A DNA stretch of 37,455 nucleotides from contig JAPULH010000179.1 in assembly GCA_027295155.1 (NCBI GenBank), positions 1 to 37,455 on the forward strand, given 5' to 3'. This DNA is from Gemmatimonadota bacterium (GTDB taxonomy: Bacteria > Gemmatimonadota > Gemmatimonadetes > Palauibacterales > Palauibacteraceae). The notes below the pieces were generated by a model. The model ran no database searches, was not told the DNA's origin, and saw only the letters and a list, made by a program, of their open reading frames with translations. The position numbers and the translations under genes are program-made. Position 1 is the stretch's first letter, and every line of letters begins with the position of its first letter. Shown in pieces: positions 9,052 to 21,196 of this stretch.

Positions 9052-10814
9052 GCTGGCGGCTGCACGGGATCGGCGCGTCGCCGGGCCGGGCCCTCGGTCC
9101 TGCCTTGCGAGTCGAGTGGGACATCATCTCCGTTCCGCATCGGACGATCGGTCCCGACGAGGTCGACCTGGAGATCGAGCGGTTCCAGGACGCCCGCTCG
9201 TGGGCGAAGGAGCGGATCTGGCGCCTCCAGGCGGAGACGAACGAGCGAATTGGACCGGTCGAGGGCAAGATCTTCGAGGCTCAGGCGATGATGCTCGATG
9301 ATCCGGACCTGGTCGGAGGAACGGCCGCCTACATCCGCGAGAATTACCTGCCGGCGGAGCGCGCCTTCGATTGGCGGCTCCTCGAGTTGCGCTCGCGCTT
9401 CGCGGACACGGCACACGTCATGGCCCTGGATCGGCTGGCCGATCTCCGGGACATCCGGTTCCGCGTCCTTTCGCGCCTTCTCGGGCTGGCGGAGGGCAAC
9501 GTGCTGAGCTCCTTGCCGGTGGACGGTTGCATCCTCGTGTTCGACGAGCTGACCCCCAGCCTCGCTGTCGGACTCGGTGACAAGGAGGTGCGGGGGCTTC
9601 TCACCGCGACCGGATCCCGCGCCTCGCACTCGGCCGTGATCGCTCGCTCTCTGCGGATCCCGTGTGTGGTCGGAATTGGCCCCCACCTGGAAGGCGTGCA
9701 GGATGGGGCGCCCGTGATCCTGGACGGCGCCACCGGAAGGGTGATCGTGGAGCCCACAGAGGCGGAGAAGGACACGTACCGGCGCTCCGACGTGAAGACG
9801 ACCGCGCGGAAGCGGCAGCTCGAGGAGTTGGCCCACCGTCCCACCCTGACTCGCGACGGCGAGCGGGTCGTCCTGCAGGCGAACCTCGACCAACCCGACG
9901 ATGCGGCGGACGCGCTGGCTGTCGGGGCGGAGGGAGTGGGGCTCTTTCGCTCGGAGTTTCTCGTCATCGGTCGGCGAACGATACCGAGCGAGGACGAGCA
10001 GTACGAGGCGTACCGGCAGGTGGCGGAGGCGTTCCCTCGTCACGGCGTGACGCTGCGCACCTTCGACATCGGCGGAGACAAGTTTCCGCTCTTCCTGTCG
10101 ATGCCGATGGAGGAGAACCCGTATCTCGGCTGGAGAGCGATCCGAGTCTGCCTCGATCTGCCGGATCTGTTCCGCAATCAGCTCCGCGCGGCCGTCAGGG
10201 CCGCCGCGCACGGTCGCGTGCGTATCCTGCTGCCCTTCATCGTGGCGCTCGACGAGATCCGGCGTACGCGGGAGATCCTCGACGAGGTGAGCGCCTCGCT
10301 CGATGTGCCGCCGGCGGAGCCGTTGCCGCTGGGGATTATGATCGAGACCCCCGCGGCTCTGGAAACCGTGGACCGGCTGGCCCCCCACGTCGACTTCCTC
10401 AGTCTCGGCACGAACGACCTTACGCAGTACGCCCTGGCCGTTGACCGGGGAAACGCTCGGCTCGTGGACCTTTTCGATCCACTTCACCCGGCGCTCTTCC
10501 GGATGTACGGCCGACTGATCGAGGCGGCCGGGACGCAAGGGATCGAGGTCGGCGTGTGTGGCGACCTGGCGGAGGACCCGATCGGCGTGGCCGCTCTGCT
10601 CGCGCTCGGATATCGCAGATTCAGCCTGGCCCCTCCCTCCCATCCGGAGATCAAGGAGGTCGTCCTCGGCGTCTCTGCCGGCGATCTCTCGGGGGTGGTG
10701 GAGGGGCTGGAGAACGCGGATCAACCGAGCGACATCCGCGGCCCTTTCCGGCGGTATCTGGAGGAAACGCTTCCCGAAGTACCGGAGCTGTTGGCCCGCT
10801 TGTCCGCCGTATAG
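9048..10814 (+). CDS. ptsI: PTS enzyme I (phosphoenolpyruvate-protein phosphotransferase)
   Basis: [16 protein letters not shown] (phospho-His), [47 protein letters not shown]. Confidence 0.96.
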   Translation: MSWRLHGIGASPGRALGPALRVEWDIISVPHRTIGPDEVDLEIERFQDARSWAKERIWRLQAETNERIGPVEGKIFEAQAMMLDDPDLVGGTAAYIRENYLPAERAFDWRLLELRSRFADTAHVMALDRLADLRDIRFRVLSRLLGLAEGNVLSSLPVDGCILVFDELTPSLAVGLGDKEVRGLLTATGSRASHSAVIARSLRIPCVVGIGPHLEGVQDGAPVILDGATGRVIVEPTEAEKDTYRRSDVKTTARKRQLEELAHRPTLTRDGERVVLQANLDQPDDAADALAVGAEGVGLFRSEFLVIGRRTIPSEDEQYEAYRQVAEAFPRHGVTLRTFDIGGDKFPLFLSMPMEENPYLGWRAIRVCLDLPDLFRNQLRAAVRAAAHGRVRILLPFIVALDEIRRTREILDEVSASLDVPPAEPLPLGIMIETPAALETVDRLAPHVDFLSLGTNDLTQYALAVDRGNARLVDLFDPLHPALFRMYGRLIEAAGTQGIEVGVCGDLAEDPIGVAALLALGYRRFSLAPPSHPEIKEVVLGVSAGDLSGVVEGLENADQPSDIRGPFRRYLEETLPEVPELLARLSAV

Positions 10815-10860
10815 TGGGCGGGTACCTTCACGCGCTTCTCGAGATAGGACAGGGAGCGCC

Positions 10861-12015
10861 ATGACGCCAAGGATACATCTCTTCACCTCCGAGTCGGTTA
10901 CGGAGGGGCACCCCGACAAGGTTGCGGACCAGGTCTCGGACGCGGTCCTGGACGCCATGATCGAGGAGGATGAGGTTGCGCGGGTAGCGTGCGAGACGCT
11001 CGTGACGACAGGCCTGGTCCTCGTGGCGGGTGAGGTTACGACGGAGGCATACGTGCACGTGCCGGATGTCGTGAGGGAGACGCTCCGGGAGATCGGCTAC
11101 GACGATCCGGAGCTCGGGTTCGACTGCGAGAGCTGCGCGGTCCTCACGTCGATCGACAAGCAGTCGCTGGACATCGCGTTGGGCGTGGACTCCGGCGGTG
11201 CCGGAGACCAAGGGATGATGTTCGGATACGCGACCGACGAGACCGACACCCTGATGCCCCTTCCGATATCGCTGGCTCATCGGCTCACCCGGCGGCTCTC
11301 CGAGGTCCGCAAGCACGGCGTGCTCGACTGGTTGCGGCCCGACGGCAAGTCGCAGGTGACGGTCGAGTACGAGAACGAGACGCCACGGCGCATCACGACG
11401 GTGGTGATCAGCGCCCAGCACCACCCGGACATCGGTCGAGCCCAGCTCGAGGAGGATCTCCGGCGAACGGTGATCGAGCCGGTGCTGCCTGCCGGGATGT
11501 GCGAACAGGCCATGCGGTGCTACATGAACCCGACCGGCCGCTTCGTAGTCGGCGGGCCTCAGGGTGACGCCGGGGTCACCGGCCGCAAGGTCATCGTCGA
11601 CACCTACGGTGGTGTGGGCAGTCACGGCGGAGGCGCGTTCAGTGGGAAGGACCCGACAAAGGTGGATCGGTCGGGGAGCTACGCCGCTCGCTGGGTGGCC
11701 AAGAACCTGGTCGCCGCAGGCCTCGCGCGACGGGTCGAGATCCAGTTGGCGTACGCGATCGGCGTGGCCGAGCCTATCTCGGTCATGCTTAACAGCTACG
11801 GCACCGGCGTCGTGCCGGACGAGGAGTTGGAGCGATGTGTGGGAGAGGTGTTCGACCTGAGGCCCGTGCAGATCATCAAGCAGCTTCGGCTTCGCCGGCC
11901 GATCTACCGCCGGACCGCGGCGTACGGGCACTTCGGACGGGAGCCGGATGAGGAGGGCGGCTTCAGCTGGGAGGTGACCGACAGGGTGGACGATCTGAAG
12001 GGCTTCTTTGAATGA
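10861..12015 (+). CDS. metK: S-adenosylmethionine synthetase
   Basis: [44 protein letters not shown]; SD GGGAG. Confidence 0.98.
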   Translation: MTPRIHLFTSESVTEGHPDKVADQVSDAVLDAMIEEDEVARVACETLVTTGLVLVAGEVTTEAYVHVPDVVRETLREIGYDDPELGFDCESCAVLTSIDKQSLDIALGVDSGGAGDQGMMFGYATDETDTLMPLPISLAHRLTRRLSEVRKHGVLDWLRPDGKSQVTVEYENETPRRITTVVISAQHHPDIGRAQLEEDLRRTVIEPVLPAGMCEQAMRCYMNPTGRFVVGGPQGDAGVTGRKVIVDTYGGVGSHGGGAFSGKDPTKVDRSGSYAARWVAKNLVAAGLARRVEIQLAYAIGVAEPISVMLNSYGTGVVPDEELERCVGEVFDLRPVQIIKQLRLRRPIYRRTAAYGHFGREPDEEGGFSWEVTDRVDDLKGFFE

Positions 12016-13416
<1,401 letters not shown>

Positions 13417-13428
13417 AAGGGCACCGGC

Positions 13429-13998
13429 ATGACCAGCGGTAGCTCCATGACCGAGGTGACCGTCGCGAGCCTCGGACTGGACAAGTCGTCGAATACTCCC
13501 GTGGTCATACTGAGGGAGAGTGGCGGGGAGCGACTTCTGCCGATCTGGATCGGTCCCGGCGAGGCGAGCGCGATCGCCATGCAGCTCGCAGGGATCAAGT
13601 TCTCACGGCCGTTGACGCACGACCTCTTTACGACCATGGTCCGCGGCCTGGGCAGCGAGCTCGTCCGCGTTCTGATCACGCGGGTGGTCGAGAACACCTA
13701 CCACGCCTCGCTCATCCTTCGGCGCGACAGTGAGTTCATCTCGGTCGACTCGCGGCCGAGTGATAGCATCGCTCTCGCCTTGCGGGCAGACGCGCCGATC
13801 TTCGCCGACGATGAGCTGCTCGAGCTCACGGCCATGGAGATCGAGGAGGCTGGTTTCGACGAGGCGAGCTTCGAATCCACGGATGTCGTCGAGGCGGTCG
13901 AGCCGGGCACTTCGCCGGAGGACCAGGAGAACGGGGAGCAGCTCCGAGAGTACCTGAAGAGATTGAATCCGGAAGACTTCGGCCGCTTCAAGCCGTAG
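13429..13998 (+). CDS. Bifunctional nuclease family protein (DUF151)
   Basis: LPIWIGPGEASAIA, RPLTHDL, DSRPSDSIALALR, C-terminal LNPEDFG. Confidence 0.93.
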   Translation: MTSGSSMTEVTVASLGLDKSSNTPVVILRESGGERLLPIWIGPGEASAIAMQLAGIKFSRPLTHDLFTTMVRGLGSELVRVLITRVVENTYHASLILRRDSEFISVDSRPSDSIALALRADAPIFADDELLELTAMEIEEAGFDEASFESTDVVEAVEPGTSPEDQENGEQLREYLKRLNPEDFGRFKP

Positions 13999-14004
13999 CG
14001 CTTT

Positions 14005-14024
14005 GACCCGGCGTGCGCCGGGTC
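14005..14024 (+). terminator. GC-rich hairpin after DUF151 gene (terminator-like, weak U-tract)
   Basis: GACCCGGC-GTGC-GCCGGGTC perfect 8-bp stem 6 nt after the stop codon; followed only by GGTCTT. Confidence 0.4.
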
Positions 14025-14067
14025 GGTCTTGCCTTCCTCCCGAGACCACCGTTACCGTTGCTGCGTA

Positions 14068-14271
14068 GGTGGATGGCGGTAACGGAAGTCGGATGTGAAC
14101 CGACGCGGCCCCGCCACTGTGTGAGGCTCGGCGTGCCAGCGCCGTGCCTCGAGTCAGGAGACGACCCCATCCATCCCCACGGAACGCTCTTCGCGGGAAG
14201 GGTGTGGGGGAGTCGCGGTTCCGACACCTCGGTCACGCTTTCCCGGAATGGACGGGTGGATCGCGTGACCG
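14068..14271 (+). promoter_or_regulatory. Cobalamin riboswitch (compact form) with translational expression platform
   Basis: P1 TGGATGG/CCATCCA; AACGGAA; P4 GTCGG-ATGTGAA-CCGAC; P5 GCGG-CCCCGCCA-CTGT; P6 GAGGC..GCCTC; B12 box GAGTCAGGAGAC; P13 ACGCTCTT/AAGGGTGT with GCGGG complementary to L5 CCCGC; directly upstream of btuFCDB. Confidence 0.92.
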
Positions 14272-15218
14272 GAACGGCTGTGAGGGTGCTCGGGGCCGCT
14301 TTTGTTGTGTTGGCTCTGACCGGTTTCGTCCTCATCCCGGCCGGCGCTCCGGCCGCGGATCGACACCTGCCTCCCCTCCTGCCCCGCCTCGCCGCCGGAG
14401 ACACGATCGTCCTCACGGACGACCTGGGCATTCGCGTAACCCTCCCGGAGCCGGCCGCCCGGATCGTGTCGCTCGTCCCGGCCGCAACGGAGATCTTGTT
14501 CGCGATCGGAACCGGGGATCGACTGGTCGGGCGGACCAGATTCGACAGGCACCCGCAGGAGGTCCTGGTGGTTCCGAGCGTGGGCGACGGCGTGCGCCCC
14601 TCGGTGGAGCTGATCGTGGCCCTGGAGCCCGATCTGGTGATCCTTTTTGCGGGGCCGGATTCCGGGAGGGCGGCGGACGAGCTGCGAAGGATCGGGATCC
14701 AGGTGCTCGCCGTCAGGCACAACACGCTGGCCGACCTCTATCGAAACATCGGGCGACTCGGACAGGTCACCGGATCTTCCGGGCCTTCCGAGCGGCTCAG
14801 CGCTGCGATTCGGGAGGATCTCGAGAGCGTTGGTGAGGCGACGGGGAGTCTTCTCCGCCGGAGCGTCTACTACGACGCGTGGTGGCAGCCGCCGATCACC
14901 ATCGGTCGCGGGAGCTACCTGGATTCGCTGATCACCCTGGCCGGTGGTCGGAACGTCTTCGGCGATCTCCAGAGCCCCTCTCCCCAGGTCAGCCTCGAGG
15001 CGATCGCCGCCCGGGAGCCGGAGATCATCCTCTACCCCGTTCACCGTGGAGTGGAGGGACGGGCACCGGTGTCGGAGCGGCCGGGGTGGCACATCCTCGA
15101 GGCGGTGCGGTCGGGCCGCGTACGCGTGTTCGACGGGGAGCTGGTCGTGCGGCTCGGCCCGAAGGTGGCCGCCGCGGTCAGAGAGCTGGCCCGAGCGATC
15201 CATCCCGGGTTCGAATGA
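14265..15218 (+). CDS. btuF: Cobalamin ABC transporter substrate-binding protein (BtuF-like)
   Basis: Signal-like N-terminus, DDLGIRVTLPEPAARIVSLVPAATEILFAIG, LAGGRNVF, RLGP; downstream of B12 riboswitch; start inferred from the sequestered GTG. Confidence 0.88.
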   Translation: MTGTAVRVLGAAFVVLALTGFVLIPAGAPAADRHLPPLLPRLAAGDTIVLTDDLGIRVTLPEPAARIVSLVPAATEILFAIGTGDRLVGRTRFDRHPQEVLVVPSVGDGVRPSVELIVALEPDLVILFAGPDSGRAADELRRIGIQVLAVRHNTLADLYRNIGRLGQVTGSSGPSERLSAAIREDLESVGEATGSLLRRSVYYDAWWQPPITIGRGSYLDSLITLAGGRNVFGDLQSPSPQVSLEAIAAREPEIILYPVHRGVEGRAPVSERPGWHILEAVRSGRVRVFDGELVVRLGPKVAAAVRELARAIHPGFE

Positions 15219-16218
15219 GGCCGGGACGGGGCAGGCCGGCCGGACTTGTCGGGCTCGCGGTGCTGCTCGGCCTCGCGGTGGCGACGGGACTGGCGGTCGG
15301 GCCTGCCTGGCTACCGGTGGGTGAGGTATGGGATGCGCTCCTCCCGGGCGCGCAGGACTCTCCGGCACGGGCCATCGTGCTCTCGGTTCGACTGCCTCGC
15401 GTGGTGGCGGCTGCGCTGAGTGGAGGGAGCCTCGCGGTCTCGGGCGTACTCTTCCAGGCCCTTCTCCGGAATCCCCTGGCGGAGCCGTACCTGCTGGGCG
15501 TCTCGAGTGGCGCCGCCCTCGGGGCGGTGAGCGTGCTCGTTCTGGGTCTGACGGTCGGTCCGGCGGGCCTGGCCCTGGCGGCCCTCGCCGGCGCGCTGGT
15601 GGCCATAGTCATCGTGTTTCGCGTCGCCTCCGCCGCGGGCTATCTGGACACACGGATCCTCATTCTGGCTGGGGTCGTCGTCGCCTCGTTCTTCGGAGCC
15701 GGCGTGATGCTCGTCATGACGTTCGCCGAAGGGCGGACGACGCGTTCCGCCCTCCTCTGGACGATGGGAAGCTTCGGCAACGCCTCATGGGGCATGAACT
15801 TGGCGCTGGCCGTCTACTCGCTTCCCGCCGTTCTCCTGGCGTTCGGCCTGAGTCGACACCTGAACGCGCTCGCTCTGGGGGAGGAGAGCGCCGCCTTTCT
15901 CGGGACGGAGGTCGAGACGGTGAAGCGGGTAGCGTACCTTCTCGCCTCGCTCCTCGCGGCGGCCGCCGTCAGCGTGGGTGGGGTCATCGGGTTCGTCGGG
16001 CTCGTCGTCCCGCACGCTGTGAGGCTTCTCTGGGGAGGCGATCACCGTTTTCTCGTGCCGATGTCCTTCCTGGCCGGAGGGGCTCTGCTGGCGCTCGCGG
16101 ACGCGGCCGCGCGCACGGTGGCGGCGCCGCTCGAGGTACCGGTGGGCGTCGTCACCGCGCTCGTGGGTGTTCCGTTCTTCCTGGTCCTTCTTCGGCGGAG
16201 TTATGCCGGAGGTGCCGG

Positions 16219-16222
<4 letters not shown>
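15215..16222 (+). CDS. btuC: Cobalamin/iron-chelate ABC permease (FecCD family)
   Basis: VRLPRVV, FQALLRNPLAEPYLLGVSSGA, IGFVGLVVPH, EVPVGVVTALVGVPFF. Confidence 0.9.
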
Positions 16223-17060
<838 letters not shown>

Positions 17061-17064
<4 letters not shown>

Positions 17065-19244
17065 GGCGCCGCATGCACGGCGGAGGGGTGGTGTGGGGTG
17101 GGCTCCCTCTGCTCCTGATCGTGGCGGCGACGGGGACCTCGAGGGCGGAAGCGCCGCAACCGCCACAGGATCAACCGGGGGCTAGCGTGGCGGTGGAGGT
17201 TCGATCGGAAGCCGGGGAACCGGTGACCGGCGCCTCCGTGCGGATGGTGTCCGCGTCGGCGTCCGGCATGGAGGCGATGGTGTCGCTCGAAGAGGTGGGT
17301 CCGGGTCGCTACCGGGCCACGGGCGTGAGTGCCGGCAGCTACGTGCTGACGGCTTCGGCTCTCGGCTTCGAGGCGATGAGCCGTAAGGTCACACTGGAAG
17401 GCGGCGAGGTTCGAGTGTCCCTCGTGCTTGGCATCAGACCGGTCGCACTCTCCGACCTCGTTGCCGCCGTTGGACGGATGGAGAGCGCGCCCCTCCCGGG
17501 CCACGCCGTAAGCCGGATCCCCCTGGACGGCGGTCCCCGGACCCTCTCGGATCGCTTGGCCGAAGAGCCGGGCGTGCAGGTGCGGGCCTCTCCGGGTGGC
17601 CGCGAGATTGGCAGCGTGCGCGGCAGTCGCTCGGAGGGCCTGCTCGTGCTGCTCGACGGGCTTCCCGTCAACGATCCGCTCACGGGCGTGGCCGATCTTT
17701 CCCGGATCCCCGTGGCGACGCTGGAGGCGGCCTCGCTGGTGCGCGGCGCATCGCCACGCTTCGGTTCGGGTGCGATCGGCGGGGTTCTTCTGCTCGAATC
17801 GCGCAAGCCGGAAGGCGTCAGCTCTGCGGTGGGGGTGGAGGTGGGCTCGTACGGGAGCCGGGCGGCCGACGCCTACGTGTCGTTGGGTGGCTCGGCGGGC
17901 ACGCTGGCACTGGGCTTTCGTGCCGAGGGCGTGGAGAACGACTTCGAGTTCCCCAACCGCGCCAAGCCGGGAAGCCCCATGGAGGTGCGGCGGAACGCCG
18001 ACGGGCGCGGGCTGCACCTCTGGCTTTCCGGTGCGCCGTCCGCCCTGCCGATCTTCGCTCAGGCCCGCTTCGACGACGTCGAACGAGGGGCGCCCGGCCG
18101 GATCGGGTCGAGCGCCTTCGATGAGGCACGGTACGGTGACCGCTCGCTCCAGATCGTGCTCGGCTACGGATCATCGGCGGGCCGGGTGAGCGCCATCGCC
18201 GCCCACCGGGGCCTCCTGTATCGGGACCCGAGTCGCAACATCGAGTCACGCCAATCGCTCACCAGCTTCCGTGTGGCGGGCTCGACATGGATCCGGGACG
18301 CCGCCCTCGAGATCAACGGCTACGTGGCTCGGGAGCGCGTGGCGGGCAGCGGGACGGAGGAAACGCCGGTGAGGTGGAGCGGTGGGGTGTGGGTGGGCAA
18401 GACGTTCACGTCGGGTCGCGTCTCGGTGCAGCCGGGCCTGGCCACGGACGCTTCGACGGATGGGCATGCCGTGAGCCCCGAGGTCTCGCTCGCGGCGCAG
18501 CTCGGGCCGGCCTGGGTGGTGTGGAGCCGGTTGGGACGTGCCTATCGGCTGCCTACGTTCGCGGACGTCTACGCCCCGCGCTCGAGGGGGGTTCGCGCGA
18601 ACCCGGACCTCAGGCCGGAGCGGGTCGTGCTGGATGCGGAGATCGGAATCCGCTGGGCCTCGGCGGCGAAGAATGGCCGAGCGGGCGCCGCTCGGACCGG
18701 GGGCGATCCACGGGTCGGGAGCGACACACACGCCGGGATCGAGGCAGCGCTCTTCTACCGGCGGACGAACGACCCGATCGTCTGGGTAGCGAGCTCCGTC
18801 GCCCTCTGGAGTCCGCGCAACCTCGATCGGCTTACGGCGGCGGGATTAGAGATCGGGGGCGACATCTCCCTGGCCTCCGAAGGTCCCCGGATCGGGGGTG
18901 CCTTCACCCTACAACGCAGCCGGCTCGGGTTCGGCACCAACAAGAACCCGATGCCCTATCAGCCCGATCTGGCTGCGAACGTCTACCTGCTGGGTGAGGT
19001 GGCCGGAGTGTGGCTGCGGGGGGGCGTGGCTCTCGTAGGGAGCCGGACGACCACCGTCGCCGGGGTTCGTCGTCTGCCCGCGTATACCACCGTCCGGCTG
19101 GACGGGAGCCGCCCCGTGAGAATCGGCTCGCTGTCGCTGGAGGTCGCGGTGGCCGTGGAGAACTTGCTGGATTCGCGATTCGAGCTCACCGAGCTCTTCC
19201 CCGAGCCGGGCAGAAGCGTGGTGGTCCGGTTGGAGGTGCGGTGA
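17061..19244 (+). CDS. TonB-dependent receptor (BtuB-like) with N-terminal carboxypeptidase-regulatory-like domain
   Basis: Signal peptide, GEPVTGASVR..GSYVLTASALGF domain, plug SVRGS..LVLLDGLPVN, YRLPTFADVY, NPDLRPE, VENLLD..PGRS; within B12 operon. Confidence 0.87.
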
Positions 19245-19317
19245 GCTCGGGCAGAGAGGAAGGACACCCGCAGGGTCTTTCAGCGACCTGCCAGAGGAAA
19301 GGACAGGAGTAATCCAT

Positions 19318-20451
19318 ATGAAGCTTGCAAACAGGCTGAGTGCGCTCGCGATCGCGCTGCCGCTGTTCGTCGGCTGTGCCTCGGGAGATTCTGGACCGAC
19401 CGGGCCGGGAGGAGGTGAGGTGGTGGTCGTATGGGCGCTCAACTCGATCGGTCAGACGATCCGGACCTTCGAGATCGGCGAGGGTATCTCGCCGCTGGGC
19501 CTCGCCGTGGAGCTGGGAGGTCTCTTCGACGGGGTCTCCATGGATGTCGCGTTTCCGCTCGCCGTCACATCGGAGAGCTCGTTCGGAGGTGATCGTGCGA
19601 TCGTGGCCGACCTCGAGTCGGGCGGGAAGACCCCCGTGGCTTTCCTGGAGCCGCAGGGCGATCCCGTGAACCCGTCTAAGCCTTTTGTGCTGCCGGGCAT
19701 GAGCGAGGCGATCGTGGGCGGTCGGGGGACCAATTCGATCTACCGGTTCTCGCTCGATTCTCCCGGCACGTCAGCAATCGTCCTCGCCAGGGATGCGGGC
19801 GAGTTCGTCGAGAAGGTCGTGGTCACCAACGGACGCGTGTTCGCCATCGATTCGAACATCGATGACGCGGGCGGCACGTTCGAGCCACTGGGCGAGAGCC
19901 GCGTCGCCGTCTTCGACCTCGAGGGAGGGGCCGTGGACGACTTCCCGCTCCCCGGCCGCCAGGCGACGGACGCCGTCCTCTCGGGAGGGAAGCTCGTGGT
20001 TCTGAACGCCGGCACCCTCACGCCGACGTTCGAGCCGGAGGGGAACGGAACGCTCGCGGTCGTCGACCCCGTGCCCCCCTTCCAGGTCTCCGGACCGTTT
20101 CCTCTTGGTGGAAACGGGGTCTCCCTGGAGGCCGGCGCCGACGGCCGGGTGTACGTGACGGTGACGAACGACTTTGCCGGGCCGATCCGGACGCTCAGCT
20201 TCGACGTGGGCGCGAACGGGTTCGTGCGGGGTCCTGACGATCCGATCCGGACGCGCGACGACGCCGGTGCGGACATCTCCTGTTGGGTGGCGACGTCGCT
20301 GGCGGACGGCCGGCTGCTGTGTGCGACCTTCCGCACGGAACAGGCGGGTACGATCTACCTGCTGAACGCGGACGGGAGCTTCATCAGCTCCACAGCCGGC
20401 GGCTTCGGGACGAGTGACTTGGAGATCGCGGTGGCAGCCGGGACCCAATAG
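19318..20451 (+). CDS. Lipoprotein, predicted beta-propeller (BtuG/YncE-like)
   Basis: Lipobox FVG-C, Gly/Pro linker, repeated short beta-strand blades (RVFAIDS, RVAVFDL, KLVVLNAG, TLAVVDP, RVYVTV); SD AGGAG; follows btuB. Confidence 0.7.
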   Translation: MKLANRLSALAIALPLFVGCASGDSGPTGPGGGEVVVVWALNSIGQTIRTFEIGEGISPLGLAVELGGLFDGVSMDVAFPLAVTSESSFGGDRAIVADLESGGKTPVAFLEPQGDPVNPSKPFVLPGMSEAIVGGRGTNSIYRFSLDSPGTSAIVLARDAGEFVEKVVVTNGRVFAIDSNIDDAGGTFEPLGESRVAVFDLEGGAVDDFPLPGRQATDAVLSGGKLVVLNAGTLTPTFEPEGNGTLAVVDPVPPFQVSGPFPLGGNGVSLEAGADGRVYVTVTNDFAGPIRTLSFDVGANGFVRGPDDPIRTRDDAGADISCWVATSLADGRLLCATFRTEQAGTIYLLNADGSFISSTAGGFGTSDLEIAVAAGTQ

Positions 20452-20461
20452 GATAGCGGCC

Positions 20462-21196
20462 ATGCCGATCGTCACCACGCGGTGCGTGGTCTTGCAGACA
20501 TACAGTTACAGCGACACGAGCAAGATCCTGCGTCTGATGACGCTGGATCAAGGGCCCCGGTCGGCGATCGCGCGCGGTGCTCTACGCCCGAGAAGCCGCT
20601 TTGGAGGGCTGATCGAACCCTTCGCGGAGGGGCGGGCCACTCTGTACGTGCGTGAGAACCGGGAACTGGACACTCTCTCGGATTTCGACCTGGTGAAAGA
20701 GCGGCAGGGCCTCGGGGCGGATCTGGTCCGCTTCGCGGGTGCGTCCGTGCTGTGCGAGCTTGTCATGCGCCTCGCCCCGAGTCATCGGGACCAGGGGCTG
20801 TACAGGACGCTCGTCGCCGGCCTGGACGCACTCCTGACGGCTTCGGAGGAGCGTGTTGACGCCACCGTGCTGCGCCACCTCTGGTGCCTCGTGGGGGTTC
20901 TCGGCTTCGAGCCTCATCTGGCCGACTGTCTCGTGTGTCGACGCCCGATACCGCCGGGAGCCTCGGCGCACTTCGAGCCGGCAGCCGGCGGGCTGCGGTG
21001 CGACACGTGCGGCGGGCCGGGCGGGTTCGTCTCCGCATCGGAACTGGCCGCCCTGCGGATGCTTGTCTCGGCAAGTGCAGGGCTGCCGGCTGTCGAAGGT
21101 CTCCAACGGCGCATTCTCGTCGACTACGTCCGCTACCACCTTGCCGAGGGCGTACGGATCCGTTCTCTCGAGTTCCTTGCTCGGATCTGTGCCTGA
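20462..21196 (+). CDS. recO: DNA repair protein RecO
   Basis: YSDTSKILRLMT..G..SAIARGA..SRFGG.IEPF; C-terminal Zn finger CLVC..CDTC. Confidence 0.94.
   Translation: MPIVTTRCVVLQTYSYSDTSKILRLMTLDQGPRSAIARGALRPRSRFGGLIEPFAEGRATLYVRENRELDTLSDFDLVKERQGLGADLVRFAGASVLCELVMRLAPSHRDQGLYRTLVAGLDALLTASEERVDATVLRHLWCLVGVLGFEPHLADCLVCRRPIPPGASAHFEPAAGGLRCDTCGGPGGFVSASELAALRMLVSASAGLPAVEGLQRRILVDYVRYHLAEGVRIRSLEFLARICA

Noticed and set aside
14049-14085. CCGTTACCG/CGGTAACGG inverted repeat as an anti-aptamer for the B12 riboswitch
   Set aside because: The left arm overlaps a plausible -10 (TACCGT, with TTGCCT 18 nt upstream), so it is probably not transcribed; unresolved without a TSS
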